From: Bdellovibrionales bacterium
GTDB lineage: Bacteria; Bdellovibrionota; UBA1018
NCBI GenBank assembly: GCA_947380295.1
Contig: CANCQK010000002.1
Location: forward strand, 10,557 to 74,556
Reading direction: 5' to 3'
DNA length: 64,000 nt
Shown here: positions 1 through 8,513 of the stretch, in pieces
How the letters are laid out: every line of letters starts with the position of its first letter
Position numbering within the stretch: position 1 is the first letter of the stretch
The notes under the pieces: model-generated
Databases searched by the model: none
Seen by the model: only the letters and a program-made list of their open reading frames with translations
Told to the model about the DNA's origin: nothing
Made by a program: the position numbers and the translations under genes

Positions 1-110
1 ATAGTCATACGCCTAGTAGTACTCCTGTGTTTTAGGTCAGGGCCAGGTGGCCCGGTCTAAACGGGGGCTACTACACTCTGTACAGTGCCGCATTTTCGTT
101 TGAGTTTCAG

Positions 111-677
111 ATGTCCAGCGATGACTCGGAATTATTGAGGAGACAGGTCCGATCGTTTGCAAAAGCATCAGAAAAATACTTGGCAAATCAAGCTAGACTC
201 AATCAGGATTTTGCGACCTGGGATAAAAAGTTCGAGGCCTACCAGATGACCGAAGACTCAAGAAAATCAGAATTAAGGCAGGCTCTGGATAAGTCTTATT
301 CCGCTAGGCATTCGAGCGAGTTGATTGCGCCTCTTCTGCGTATGCGTGATCTAGGAATGTCGGAAGGTGCAGAGGCTAGTCAGGTCATTTTAGGTGTCGA
401 TCGCTTGATTGCGGAAGTTAAGAATGGCACGGGTTATTATCTCTTGGCACTCAAGCCGTTAGCGCCGTTCATGGAAAAATATCAGCTAAAAAGGGTCGCC
501 TCACCTGCAGCGATGCAGGAAAGAATGGTGAGTTTAAAGCGGTACATCGAAGAGCGGTCGAGATTGATATCAGAAAAGGCTAAGAAGACTGTTGTTAGGA
601 TTGAATCGCAGATCAATCAGTTGAACGTGGATGATGTGGACAGGTTCGTGAAAGCGGTTGAAAAAAAGAGCTTTTAG
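111..677 (+). CDS. hypothetical protein (188 aa), no recognisable motif
   Basis: Intact ORF in the six-frame track. I recognise no conserved motif. Confidence 0.4.
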   Translation: MSSDDSELLRRQVRSFAKASEKYLANQARLNQDFATWDKKFEAYQMTEDSRKSELRQALDKSYSARHSSELIAPLLRMRDLGMSEGAEASQVILGVDRLIAEVKNGTGYYLLALKPLAPFMEKYQLKRVASPAAMQERMVSLKRYIEERSRLISEKAKKTVVRIESQINQLNVDDVDRFVKAVEKKSF

Positions 678-801
678 TCCGTTTTGGTCGAAGCTCAAGA
701 TTTTGTGGTGGACGCAGAGCTACACCTCGCCCTAGGAGACGCATAATCAGGGGTAAGGCCTCAACCATGCGGCACGACCACTCTCAGTAAAAAAGATCTA
801 T

Positions 802-830
802 TTGACTCGTACTCCTGATGGGTGTACTAT
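802..830 (+). promoter_or_regulatory. sigma70-like promoter (TTGACT, 17-nt spacer, TACTAT) upstream of the toxin-antitoxin pair
   Basis: Read directly: ttgact at 802-807, 17-nt spacer, tactat at 825-830. It sits about 80 nt upstream of the 909 start. Confidence 0.45.
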
Positions 831-908
831 TTAAACATGGTCAACGTTGTCGAGCTGAGTGAGTTTCTCAATAAATAAATTAAAAAGCGGCAAATCCCGG
901 ATTTTATT

Positions 909-1127
909 TTGATCAAGCTTCAGGACTGGGTTGAAGATGTTGAGAATCGAGGCCTTGAAATTGTCCGACAAATCCCTGGTTACCACGACGAACCCCTCAA
1001 AGGAAAATTAGCTGGTACTAGGTCCATCAGACTTGGGAAGGGATGGCGAGCTTATTACCAAATTAGAGAGTCCAAGCGAATTATGGTTTGGGTTGAGAGG
1101 ATTGATAAACATGAGTCCGGTAAGTAG
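909..1127 (+). CDS. higB: HigB-like (RelE/ParE superfamily) type II toxin; the 909 start is a TTG codon
   Basis: EPLKGKLAGTRSIRLGKGWRAYYQI...VWVERIDKHE aligns with the HigB 'plasmid maintenance system killer' core (HPLKGDREGYWSITV..WRITF). It is followed by, and overlaps, an XRE-HTH gene. Confidence 0.6.
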   Translation: MIKLQDWVEDVENRGLEIVRQIPGYHDEPLKGKLAGTRSIRLGKGWRAYYQIRESKRIMVWVERIDKHESGK

Positions 1128-1431
1128 AAAAAAAAGTAAGGCACTCCAAAGTCTAGAAGCAGCAACCGGTGGGCCTGTAACCCTGGGGAAGCTCCTTGAG
1201 TCTATTCGCTTAGGTGAAGAAAAGACCCAGCCTGATTTTGCAAAAACACTTGGGATTTCAAAGTCTCATCTCAATGACATTGAGAAGGGAAGGAAGGTGG
1301 TTAGCCCTGATCGTGCTGCAAGATTTGCAAAATCTCTTGGGTATTCTGAAGAGCGTTTTGTAACTCTTTCGCTTCAAGGTATTATAGATCAGGCTGGCCT
1401 AGCTTTTCGTGTGGAACTGAAGTTTGGCTAG
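1111..1431 (+). CDS. higA: HigA-like antitoxin, XRE-family HTH DNA-binding protein; likely start at the internal Met, 17 nt overlapping the toxin
   Basis: HTH segment FAKTLGISKSHLNDIEKGRK. Toxin-then-antitoxin gene order is typical of higBA. The ORF track extends it upstream to 1033; I take the internal Met at 1111. Confidence 0.55.
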   Translation: MSPVSRKKSKALQSLEAATGGPVTLGKLLESIRLGEEKTQPDFAKTLGISKSHLNDIEKGRKVVSPDRAARFAKSLGYSEERFVTLSLQGIIDQAGLAFRVELKFG

Positions 1432-1482
1432 ATCGCACTTCGGGTCGCGTCACCCACAGCGACCCAGGAAAGACCGGTGGGT

Positions 1483-2808
1483 TTAACGCGACCCCGTCAA
1501 TTCATTCAGGGTCTTGTAGAAAGTTGGGTATGAAATCGCCACGCATTCGCTTTCTCGAATTTCGCTGGACCCCTGTGCTTTGAGTGCAGCGACGGAGAAC
1601 GCCATAGCGATCCGGTGGTCTCCGAATGAGTCAATGGCTGCCCCGCGGAGAGTTTGTGGGCCGTGGATCGCAAATCCGTCAGGATAGAGCTCGATTTCGC
1701 CTCCCATGGCTCGGAGATTTTTTGCGATGGCTTCGAGCCGATCTGTTTCCTTAACTCGCAGTTCCTCGGCCCCTCGAACGGTTGTGGTTCCGTTGGCAAA
1801 GGTGGCTAAGATGGCGATCAGGGGGAGTTCGTCAATTAGTGTGGGAACTTCGGGAGGTAAAATGTCGATGGCTCGCAGGTCTGAGTGTTCGACTTGAATG
1901 GTTCCCACGGGTTCGGGTTCGGTTGAGGTGATTTCGAACTGGATGCGTGCGCCCATTTTTTGAAGCAATGAGAGGATGCCGGTGCGCGTGGGGTTGAGTA
2001 AAACATTTTGAATTTCAATTTTTCCACAGGGAATGAGTGCCCCCAGTCCAAGCCAAAAAGCGGCACTCGAAATATCCCCGGGCACATTGACGTTTGCTGC
2101 TGAGAGGGTTTGTCCACCCTGAATTGAGAGTGACGGGTTGGGATTGTCTATTTGTCCCGTGGCTTCGACGTGGACTCCAAAGTACTTGAGAAGTCGTTCG
2201 GTATGGTCGCGGCTGTAGGTGTGGCCAGTGAGTTGGGTCATCCCTTCGGCAGCGAGCCCTGCTAATAGGACTGCACTCTTGAGCTGAGCGCTGGCTACTG
2301 GGAGCGAATAGTGGATGGGGCGGAGTGGACGAGTGCCGGTCATCTGCATGGGGGGAGTCTGATCGTCCATGAGTTGAATCTGGGCACCCATCTGTCGGAG
2401 GGGGGTAGCGATTCGCTTCATGGGGCGTTTCGATAGGGAGGGATCCCCATGGAGGTGGGTCTCAAAAGGTTGGCCAGCCAAGATGCCCATCAGGAGGCGG
2501 ATGGTCGTGCCCGAGTTTCCACAATCGAGGGAGCCTGTGGGGGCTTTGAATCCTGCTGTGCCTCGACCCTGAACGATCCAGTCTGAGCCGTCACGCGAGA
2601 TTTCAGTTCCGAGTTGGATCAGGCAACTTCGGGTTGAATTCACGTCCTGAGCTTCAAGGAGATTTGAAACACGGGTGACTCCGTTCGCGAGAGCGCCAAA
2701 AAGCAGCGCTCGATGGGAAATTGATTTATCCCCTGGGACCTCGATGGTGTGGTGCCGTTGGAGCGAGCTTCGAGTCGCCGAGTACGGATGAATGTGGATG
2801 TGGCTCAT
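1483..2808 (-). CDS. aroA: 3-phosphoshikimate 1-carboxyvinyltransferase (EPSP synthase)
   Basis: GDKSISHRALLFGALANG and LDCGNSGTTIRLLMG motifs. Length 441 aa. Confidence 0.9.
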   Translation of the reverse strand: MSHIHIHPYSATRSSLQRHHTIEVPGDKSISHRALLFGALANGVTRVSNLLEAQDVNSTRSCLIQLGTEISRDGSDWIVQGRGTAGFKAPTGSLDCGNSGTTIRLLMGILAGQPFETHLHGDPSLSKRPMKRIATPLRQMGAQIQLMDDQTPPMQMTGTRPLRPIHYSLPVASAQLKSAVLLAGLAAEGMTQLTGHTYSRDHTERLLKYFGVHVEATGQIDNPNPSLSIQGGQTLSAANVNVPGDISSAAFWLGLGALIPCGKIEIQNVLLNPTRTGILSLLQKMGARIQFEITSTEPEPVGTIQVEHSDLRAIDILPPEVPTLIDELPLIAILATFANGTTTVRGAEELRVKETDRLEAIAKNLRAMGGEIELYPDGFAIHGPQTLRGAAIDSFGDHRIAMAFSVAALKAQGSSEIRESECVAISYPTFYKTLNELTGSR

Positions 2809-2976
2809 GGGTATCTAGTATCGCAGGACAGGTGAGTTTTCGAGGTCTCTTTAAAATAGTACATTGAGAATCTTCTTGGTCGAGGTTTAATTTCGGTGGT
2901 AGGACAAAGGTAAGTTAAAGCAGGTTGACACAGTCCTTGATTTTTGAAAGATTTTGAGGATTTTTAGGAGGATACT

Positions 2977-3495
2977 ATGAAGATCAAGAGCGGAACTATG
3001 CATCAAGTTTTAGGAACCTTAGGTTTGGCACTCACTCTTTTTGTGACAGCATGTGCGACTGAAAAGAAAAAGGAAGTCACCGAAACCGAAGGCGGCGGTA
3101 TTCCTACGGCCGCTTCTGCGGACGAAACTGCAGGCGGTGATTCAGATTCAGGCAAGGCCATGGGGCTTCAAACGGTGTTTTTCCCTTATGACTCTTTTGT
3201 TCTGGATAGGACAGCTAAAGATGCGCTTAAGGCTAATGCTAATCTGTTGAAAGAAAAAAGCAGTTTGAAAGTTCAAATTGAAGGGCACTGCGATCAGCGC
3301 GGCGGGATTCAATACAACATTGCTTTGGGCGAAAAGCGAGCCAATGCGACCCGTAAATACCTCCAAGACATGGGCGTTGACGCCAGTCGATTGACGGTGA
3401 TTAGCTTTGGTAAGGAAAAGCCTCTCGATCCAGGGACCTCTGAAGCGGCTTACTCAAAGAATCGTCGATCGAACTTTGTCGTCACTTCAAAGTAG
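2977..3495 (+). CDS. pal: peptidoglycan-associated lipoprotein Pal (OmpA C-terminal domain lipoprotein)
   Basis: Lipobox LTLFVTAC. The OmpA_C core reads FFPYDSFVLD...IEGHCDQRGGIQYNIALGEKRANA. A CpoB-like gene lies downstream. Confidence 0.75.
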   Translation: MKIKSGTMHQVLGTLGLALTLFVTACATEKKKEVTETEGGGIPTAASADETAGGDSDSGKAMGLQTVFFPYDSFVLDRTAKDALKANANLLKEKSSLKVQIEGHCDQRGGIQYNIALGEKRANATRKYLQDMGVDASRLTVISFGKEKPLDPGTSEAAYSKNRRSNFVVTSK

Positions 3496-3577
3496 GACGG
3501 ATAGCGTTCAAGAAAACGTTTTCTCTCACGATCGACTTCGATAAAAGTTGATTTTTTGAAGGCATAAGGAAGAGAAT

Positions 3578-4090
3578 ATGAAAAAGGATCTCTTCCTTAT
3601 GCCTTTTTATTTGAGTCGACTTTGGATTTTATCCGTACCGGTGGCTTGTGGAGTGAGTTGCGCTCTCGTTGCGACTCGACCTGTCCAGGAGATGTCTGAT
3701 GCTGTGGCAGCGATCCGAGCAGCCCGGGAAGTTCAGGCAGATGTCCTATCTCCCGATAATTTTCGTCAAGCAATGGATCTGTTCGAGCAAGCCAAAAGGG
3801 AATATCGCTTTAAAGACTTTGCCATAGCAAAAGAGCACGCCGATGATTCTCGCGTCCTGGCAGAAAAAGCTGAGCTAGACGCGCTGCTCAATGGCGGAGC
3901 TCGAGCATCTTCGGGTGATAAAATACCTGATCCGTTGGGGGAGGGATTTCAATCGGATCAGGGTTCTGCAAATGCTCTGTCGAAGCCGAAGGCGGAACCC
4001 TATGTTTATCCTACACCTACCCCAGTGCCTGCCGAGGAGGCAGTTCAGCGCCAAATTCAGGAACAAGGCGCCGCAAACCGGGTGAAGTAG
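3578..4090 (+). CDS. DUF4398-like lipoprotein (hypothetical)
   Basis: Signal/lipobox N-terminus and an Ala-rich helical region. DUF4398 is commonly adjacent to OmpA-family genes. Identified by family resemblance only. Confidence 0.35.
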   Translation: MKKDLFLMPFYLSRLWILSVPVACGVSCALVATRPVQEMSDAVAAIRAAREVQADVLSPDNFRQAMDLFEQAKREYRFKDFAIAKEHADDSRVLAEKAELDALLNGGARASSGDKIPDPLGEGFQSDQGSANALSKPKAEPYVYPTPTPVPAEEAVQRQIQEQGAANRVK

Positions 4091-4133
4091 GTCCGAGATT
4101 CCTTTCCTATTTTGAGCATGCTATGAAAAAAAT

Positions 4134-4898
4134 ATGAAGACTTTCCATACTCAGCAGTTAATCGGAGCCGTTGTGTTTTGTTTTTTAACTTTGCAGCTTC
4201 AGGGTTGTCTGAAGACGAGGTCTCAGCTGCGGAGTGAGTCGAGTGATGAAATGAGCGAGGCAGAGCCTTCTCGAAGGGTCGCTTCAGCTCCTCCCGTGCA
4301 GGACGTTAAACCTCAGGGTGAGTATGTCATTGAGGAGTTAAAAGACGAGATTACCCGACTTTCAGGGCATCTTGAGGAACTTGAGCATCAGCAAAAGGAG
4401 TTTCAAAAAAGCTCCCATAACGAAAAAATGGGAGATGAGCTTCGAAAACTGGAAGCCCGAATCAGTCAGCTTGAAAAGAACCAGCAGGCAATTCAGGATT
4501 CACTGGCTGAATTTCATGAAATGGCTCAATCGCATCAAGACCCAAATGAGATTTTCAAGACGGCGAAAGAACTTTTCAGCGAGGGACGTTATCAGGAAGC
4601 CGCTGATCAATTGGCGAAAGTCGAAAAAAACTCTAAGGCTAAGAACAAGGACGATGCTACTTTTTTGAGAGGTGAGTGCTTTTTCAGTCTCAAGCAATTT
4701 AAAAAAGCCGTCGTCGAGTATTCAAAATTTCCAGAAAAATATACTCATTCCAGTCACTACCCTGAAGCGCTTTACAAAATCGGACTCTCTTTTGAATCGA
4801 TGGGGATGAAAGAGGATGCAAAAGGCTTCTACCAGGAGTTAGTTGAGAAGTTTCCAAAAAGTCCCCAGGCTAAGAAAATAAGAAAAAAAGTTAAATAA
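4134..4898 (+). CDS. cpoB: CpoB/YbgF-like Tol-Pal associated protein (coiled coil plus C-terminal TPR)
   Basis: Signal peptide, a central coiled coil (LEELEHQQKEFQK...ISQLEKNQQAIQD), and a C-terminal TPR-like region (YQEAADQLAKV...ALYKIGLSFESMG). It sits after pal. Confidence 0.55.
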   Translation: MKTFHTQQLIGAVVFCFLTLQLQGCLKTRSQLRSESSDEMSEAEPSRRVASAPPVQDVKPQGEYVIEELKDEITRLSGHLEELEHQQKEFQKSSHNEKMGDELRKLEARISQLEKNQQAIQDSLAEFHEMAQSHQDPNEIFKTAKELFSEGRYQEAADQLAKVEKNSKAKNKDDATFLRGECFFSLKQFKKAVVEYSKFPEKYTHSSHYPEALYKIGLSFESMGMKEDAKGFYQELVEKFPKSPQAKKIRKKVK

Positions 4899-6461
4899 AT
4901 GAGATGCCCCAAATCGATACGGCTTTTTCTGGGGTTTTTTAGTTTCCTGATTTTATCTCAAACTAGCCTTGCGACGACCTTGGTTCACACGAATGACGTG
5001 ATGGGGGATCTAGAGCCCTGCGGGTGTCGGAGTAATCCTCAGGGCGGAATGGCTCGAAAGGCGAACCTGATCAGACGCCTGATAGATCGAGACGTGATTC
5101 AACTCGATGCCGGGGATCTTTTATTTTCAACCTTGGAAATTCCCGAACTGCTTAGGGAGCAGTCTCAGGTCCAGGCTGGGTACCTTTTACGCTCAATGGA
5201 TTTACTGAGGCACGACGCTGCGGTACCTGGCGAGAAAGATTTTTCCCTCGGATTTCGAGTTTTTGAAACACTTCGCAAAAAGACTCAGGTCCAATTTGTT
5301 GCTGCAAACTTGAAACTGCGATCAGGTCAGAAGTATTTGGAGCCGCATCTCCTGATTCATCGGGGTTTGAAAGTTGGTGTGATTGGCGTGGTCGGGGCTA
5401 AGTTGAAGTGGCCAAAAGAACTCCGGGTCACTTCGGCAATTCAGGCAGTTCGTAAAGAAATCAAGCAACTGAAAGCGAAAAAAGCTGACACCATTATTGT
5501 ATTGAGTCACCAAGGGTTTGACGACGATGTTGAATTAGCCAAGTCTGTGAGCGGGATTGATGTCATTGTCGGAGGTCACACTCAATCATTTCTTCAGACG
5601 CCTGTGCATGAGGGACGCACTCTCATTTTACAGTCTTCTTTTAAAAATCAATATGTGGGGGTCTTGCCGCTTTCTCGTCCACTTAAGGAGGAAGATTATC
5701 AACTGAAAGGTCTGGATGCTGGATATGATTCACCAGTGCAGGCTCCAAGTGAGATGGATCAGTTGGTGCGTGAATTTAAGGAAGCCATTGCACGACTCAA
5801 CTCCCTCCGAGAGATAGGCCTTCACGCCCAAACCTCCGCATCTCACCCTTCGGCGCCGGCGCGGGAGGCCTCCTATCAGACCTTTCCTCAGTGTGCTCAG
5901 TGTCATCTCAAGCAGTTTGATTTTTGGCGGAAGACCCCTCACTTTCATGCTCTGAGTGCCTTGGTGCAAAAAAATCAGGAAAGTAACAAAGAGTGTCTTC
6001 AGTGCCATACCTTGGGACTAGGAGAGGTGCGTGGGTTCAGTGCAATAGAGCAGCTGGGCGAATTTAAAAATCCAGAGGGTGTTCCAGAGAGTCAGGCTAA
6101 AAGGCTCACTGGAGCTGAATGGGCTAGTTTTTTAGATCGGGTTGCTCGGGCAAAGTCTGTGGATGATTCGATCGATGTTCCCTTTTCAGTTTCTCGTTCT
6201 GTTCCCGTCCGTCAGGCCATGCAGAGTTTAAAGAGGGTCTGGGCGCTGCCTCAGTGTGAAAGTTGCCATCAGGCCGGTGGGGAACACCCCTTTTCTGGAG
6301 CCTATTCAAAAGTCGTCCAGTCGACGGCTTGCTTGAAATGTCATACACAAGAACGGGCGCCTTCATGGTATAAGGGTGGCCAACCTGACTCTGAGCTGAT
6401 CCAGACTAAATTGAAAGCGATGACCTGCCCCGCAGGGGAGCTTTCGGAGTCGGTCGATTGA
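4899..6461 (+). CDS. secreted fusion protein: N-terminal 5'-nucleotidase/metallophosphatase-like domain with substituted metal-ligand motifs, plus a C-terminal tetra-heme cytochrome c
   Basis: Signal peptide. LVHTNDVMGD, DAGDLLF, VPGEKDF (in place of GNHEFD), LSHQGFDDD, VIVGGHTQS. Four CxxCH motifs: CAQCH, CLQCH, CESCH, CLKCH. Confidence 0.55.
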   Translation: MRCPKSIRLFLGFFSFLILSQTSLATTLVHTNDVMGDLEPCGCRSNPQGGMARKANLIRRLIDRDVIQLDAGDLLFSTLEIPELLREQSQVQAGYLLRSMDLLRHDAAVPGEKDFSLGFRVFETLRKKTQVQFVAANLKLRSGQKYLEPHLLIHRGLKVGVIGVVGAKLKWPKELRVTSAIQAVRKEIKQLKAKKADTIIVLSHQGFDDDVELAKSVSGIDVIVGGHTQSFLQTPVHEGRTLILQSSFKNQYVGVLPLSRPLKEEDYQLKGLDAGYDSPVQAPSEMDQLVREFKEAIARLNSLREIGLHAQTSASHPSAPAREASYQTFPQCAQCHLKQFDFWRKTPHFHALSALVQKNQESNKECLQCHTLGLGEVRGFSAIEQLGEFKNPEGVPESQAKRLTGAEWASFLDRVARAKSVDDSIDVPFSVSRSVPVRQAMQSLKRVWALPQCESCHQAGGEHPFSGAYSKVVQSTACLKCHTQERAPSWYKGGQPDSELIQTKLKAMTCPAGELSESVD

Positions 6462-6495
6462 TCTCCGAGCGCAGGCTAAGAGTAGAAGGGCGAAA

Positions 6496-7593
6496 ATGAA
6501 AAAATATTTACTAGGAATTGAAACCTCCTGTGATGAGTGCAGCGCGGCAGTCGTATCTTTTGATCCTGAAAATCCCCAGGCGCCTATTCACGTGGAAAGT
6601 GTCGCAACCTTTTCTCAAATTAAAATTCATCAACCTTATGGTGGGGTGGTTCCTGAGATTGCCTCCCGCAATCACCTCGAAACCGTGAATGAAATGATCG
6701 ACGAGGCAATTCAGATTTCAGGGATTGATCCCAAGCGAGATCTTGACGCGATTGCCGTAACCAATCGCCCGGGCTTGGTGGGAGCATTGCTCGTGGGAGT
6801 GAGCGCGGCTAAGTCCCTCGCTTACGCTTTAAAAAAGCCCCTGATTGCAGTCCACCACCTCGAGGGACATGCGAGTAGTCTTTTCCTGTCTGACTCTATG
6901 TCTCAGAGTCGCGTTCACGAAGCCGAGTACCCGATGCTGTTGGCGATGGTGTCAGGTGGGCACACGAATTTGTACCGAATGGAGAGCCATCCATTGAGCT
7001 GGCCAAAAGACTTTTTGAAGAAATCTCTCGTAGGTCGCTCCCGAGACGATGCCGCTGGGGAGGCTTTCGATAAGACCGCAAAGCTTCTCGGCTTTCCTTA
7101 TCCCGGGGGAGTTTGGATTGATCAAGAGGGTCGCGGAGGAAATCCGAGTGCTTACCCGCTCCCACGTGCTTTGCCTCAAAAATCTACTTTGGATTTTTCA
7201 TTTAGCGGTTTGAAAACAGCTGTATCGTTGTTGGCCGATCGTCTAAAAAAAGAAGGTACCTTAGAAAAAGAAATGAAAGACGTTTGTGCCTCAGTTCAAG
7301 AGGCGATCGTCGATGCGCTTTTGAGTAAAATCTATTTAGCGATTCGTGAGCATGGGTGCCAGAGTTTAGCCATAGTCGGCGGGGTGGCTGCAAATTCGCG
7401 CCTGCGAGAGCGGTTAGATCGCGAGTGGAAAAATCTAGGACTCAATGGCGCGCCGCTTTTTCCACAGTTAAAATATTGTACAGATAACGCAGCAATGATT
7501 GCGGGAGCGGGAGTGTTTCGCTTTCTTCAAGGAAACTACTTGAAGCAAGAGGAGTACCTGACTCTCAATGCGATTGCTAACCCCGAAATTTGA
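6496..7593 (+). CDS. tsaD: tRNA N6-adenosine threonylcarbamoyltransferase TsaD (Kae1/Gcp)
   Basis: MKKYLLGIETSCDECSAAVV N-terminus; HHLEGH; SGGVAANSRLR. Confidence 0.9.
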   Translation: MKKYLLGIETSCDECSAAVVSFDPENPQAPIHVESVATFSQIKIHQPYGGVVPEIASRNHLETVNEMIDEAIQISGIDPKRDLDAIAVTNRPGLVGALLVGVSAAKSLAYALKKPLIAVHHLEGHASSLFLSDSMSQSRVHEAEYPMLLAMVSGGHTNLYRMESHPLSWPKDFLKKSLVGRSRDDAAGEAFDKTAKLLGFPYPGGVWIDQEGRGGNPSAYPLPRALPQKSTLDFSFSGLKTAVSLLADRLKKEGTLEKEMKDVCASVQEAIVDALLSKIYLAIREHGCQSLAIVGGVAANSRLRERLDREWKNLGLNGAPLFPQLKYCTDNAAMIAGAGVFRFLQGNYLKQEEYLTLNAIANPEI

Positions 7594-7600
7594 GGATTAA

Positions 7601-8428
7601 ATGGCCACCCACGGAAGAAGAAGAGCTTTAGGACAACATTTTTTAAGAGACGTCAGCATTTGTAACCAGATTGCTGAAACGGCATTAGAACAAGCCCAGC
7701 ACTTCGGCTGTAAGAGTTTACTTGAGATCGGGCCCGGCAAGGGCGCAATCACAGTGCCGATTCTCGACCGGATGCCTACTGCTCCTTTGATCGAAAACTT
7801 CACCTTAGTGGAGAGAGATCAGAGGCTAGCTCAGGAATGGAAAGTTAAATTTCAAGAGCTCAAAGAAAAAGGTCTTTGGGTTGAGCCAGGAGACTTTCTC
7901 GAAGTTCCTCGAGAAAAGTGGATCAAGTCTGAGCCTCTTGCTGTCGTATCAAACTTACCCTACTCTGCAGGGACTGCAATTGTTGTACGACTGGCTGAGG
8001 AAACTCACAGCATCCCGGTGATGGTCTTGATGTTTCAGGCAGAGGTTGCCAAGCGCCTCATGGCTGGCCCTAGTTCTGATGGGCGCGGGAGCCTCTCGGT
8101 TTGGATTCAAAACCATTGGGATGTTAAATCCCTGGTTAAAGTTCCTCCGAGGGCATTTATTCCGCCGCCAGAAGTTCAGTCTGAAGTGGTCGTCCTCACG
8201 CGACGAGAAAAACCGTGGATCGATGTCCATGCTGTCCATGAAGGCCCCCAAATCTGGCAGGCGATTCTCAAGGCTGCTTTTGCTCATCGACGTAAAATGC
8301 TCCGCTCGACTTTTCCCTGGCCTAAGGCGCTTGAGGCTTCGGGCATTGATCCTACTCTTCGAGCCGAAGCTCTCGACTGGACTCAGTGGGAAGCTCTTTT
8401 TAGAGCAGTCCTTCTAGAGCGTAAATAG
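7601..8428 (+). CDS. rsmA: 16S rRNA (adenine1518/1519-N6)-dimethyltransferase RsmA/KsgA
   Basis: LGQHFLRD, LEIGPGKGAIT, and the SNLPY motif. Confidence 0.9.
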   Translation: MATHGRRRALGQHFLRDVSICNQIAETALEQAQHFGCKSLLEIGPGKGAITVPILDRMPTAPLIENFTLVERDQRLAQEWKVKFQELKEKGLWVEPGDFLEVPREKWIKSEPLAVVSNLPYSAGTAIVVRLAEETHSIPVMVLMFQAEVAKRLMAGPSSDGRGSLSVWIQNHWDVKSLVKVPPRAFIPPPEVQSEVVVLTRREKPWIDVHAVHEGPQIWQAILKAAFAHRRKMLRSTFPWPKALEASGIDPTLRAEALDWTQWEALFRAVLLERK

Positions 8429-8513
8429 AGTCCATCTATCTTCATTTGTTAGGCCTATTTACGTCATTTTTGCTGTTTGGGCTTTTTGGTGATAGAGATT
8501 TGTTCAAAATTTT

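Noticed and set aside
1506-2117. Several 60-113-aa ORFs (1506..1799, 1706..1897, 1836..2117) inside or antisense to aroA
   Set aside because: They lie entirely within a strongly conserved EPSP synthase reading frame and have no motifs. They are typical shadow ORFs.
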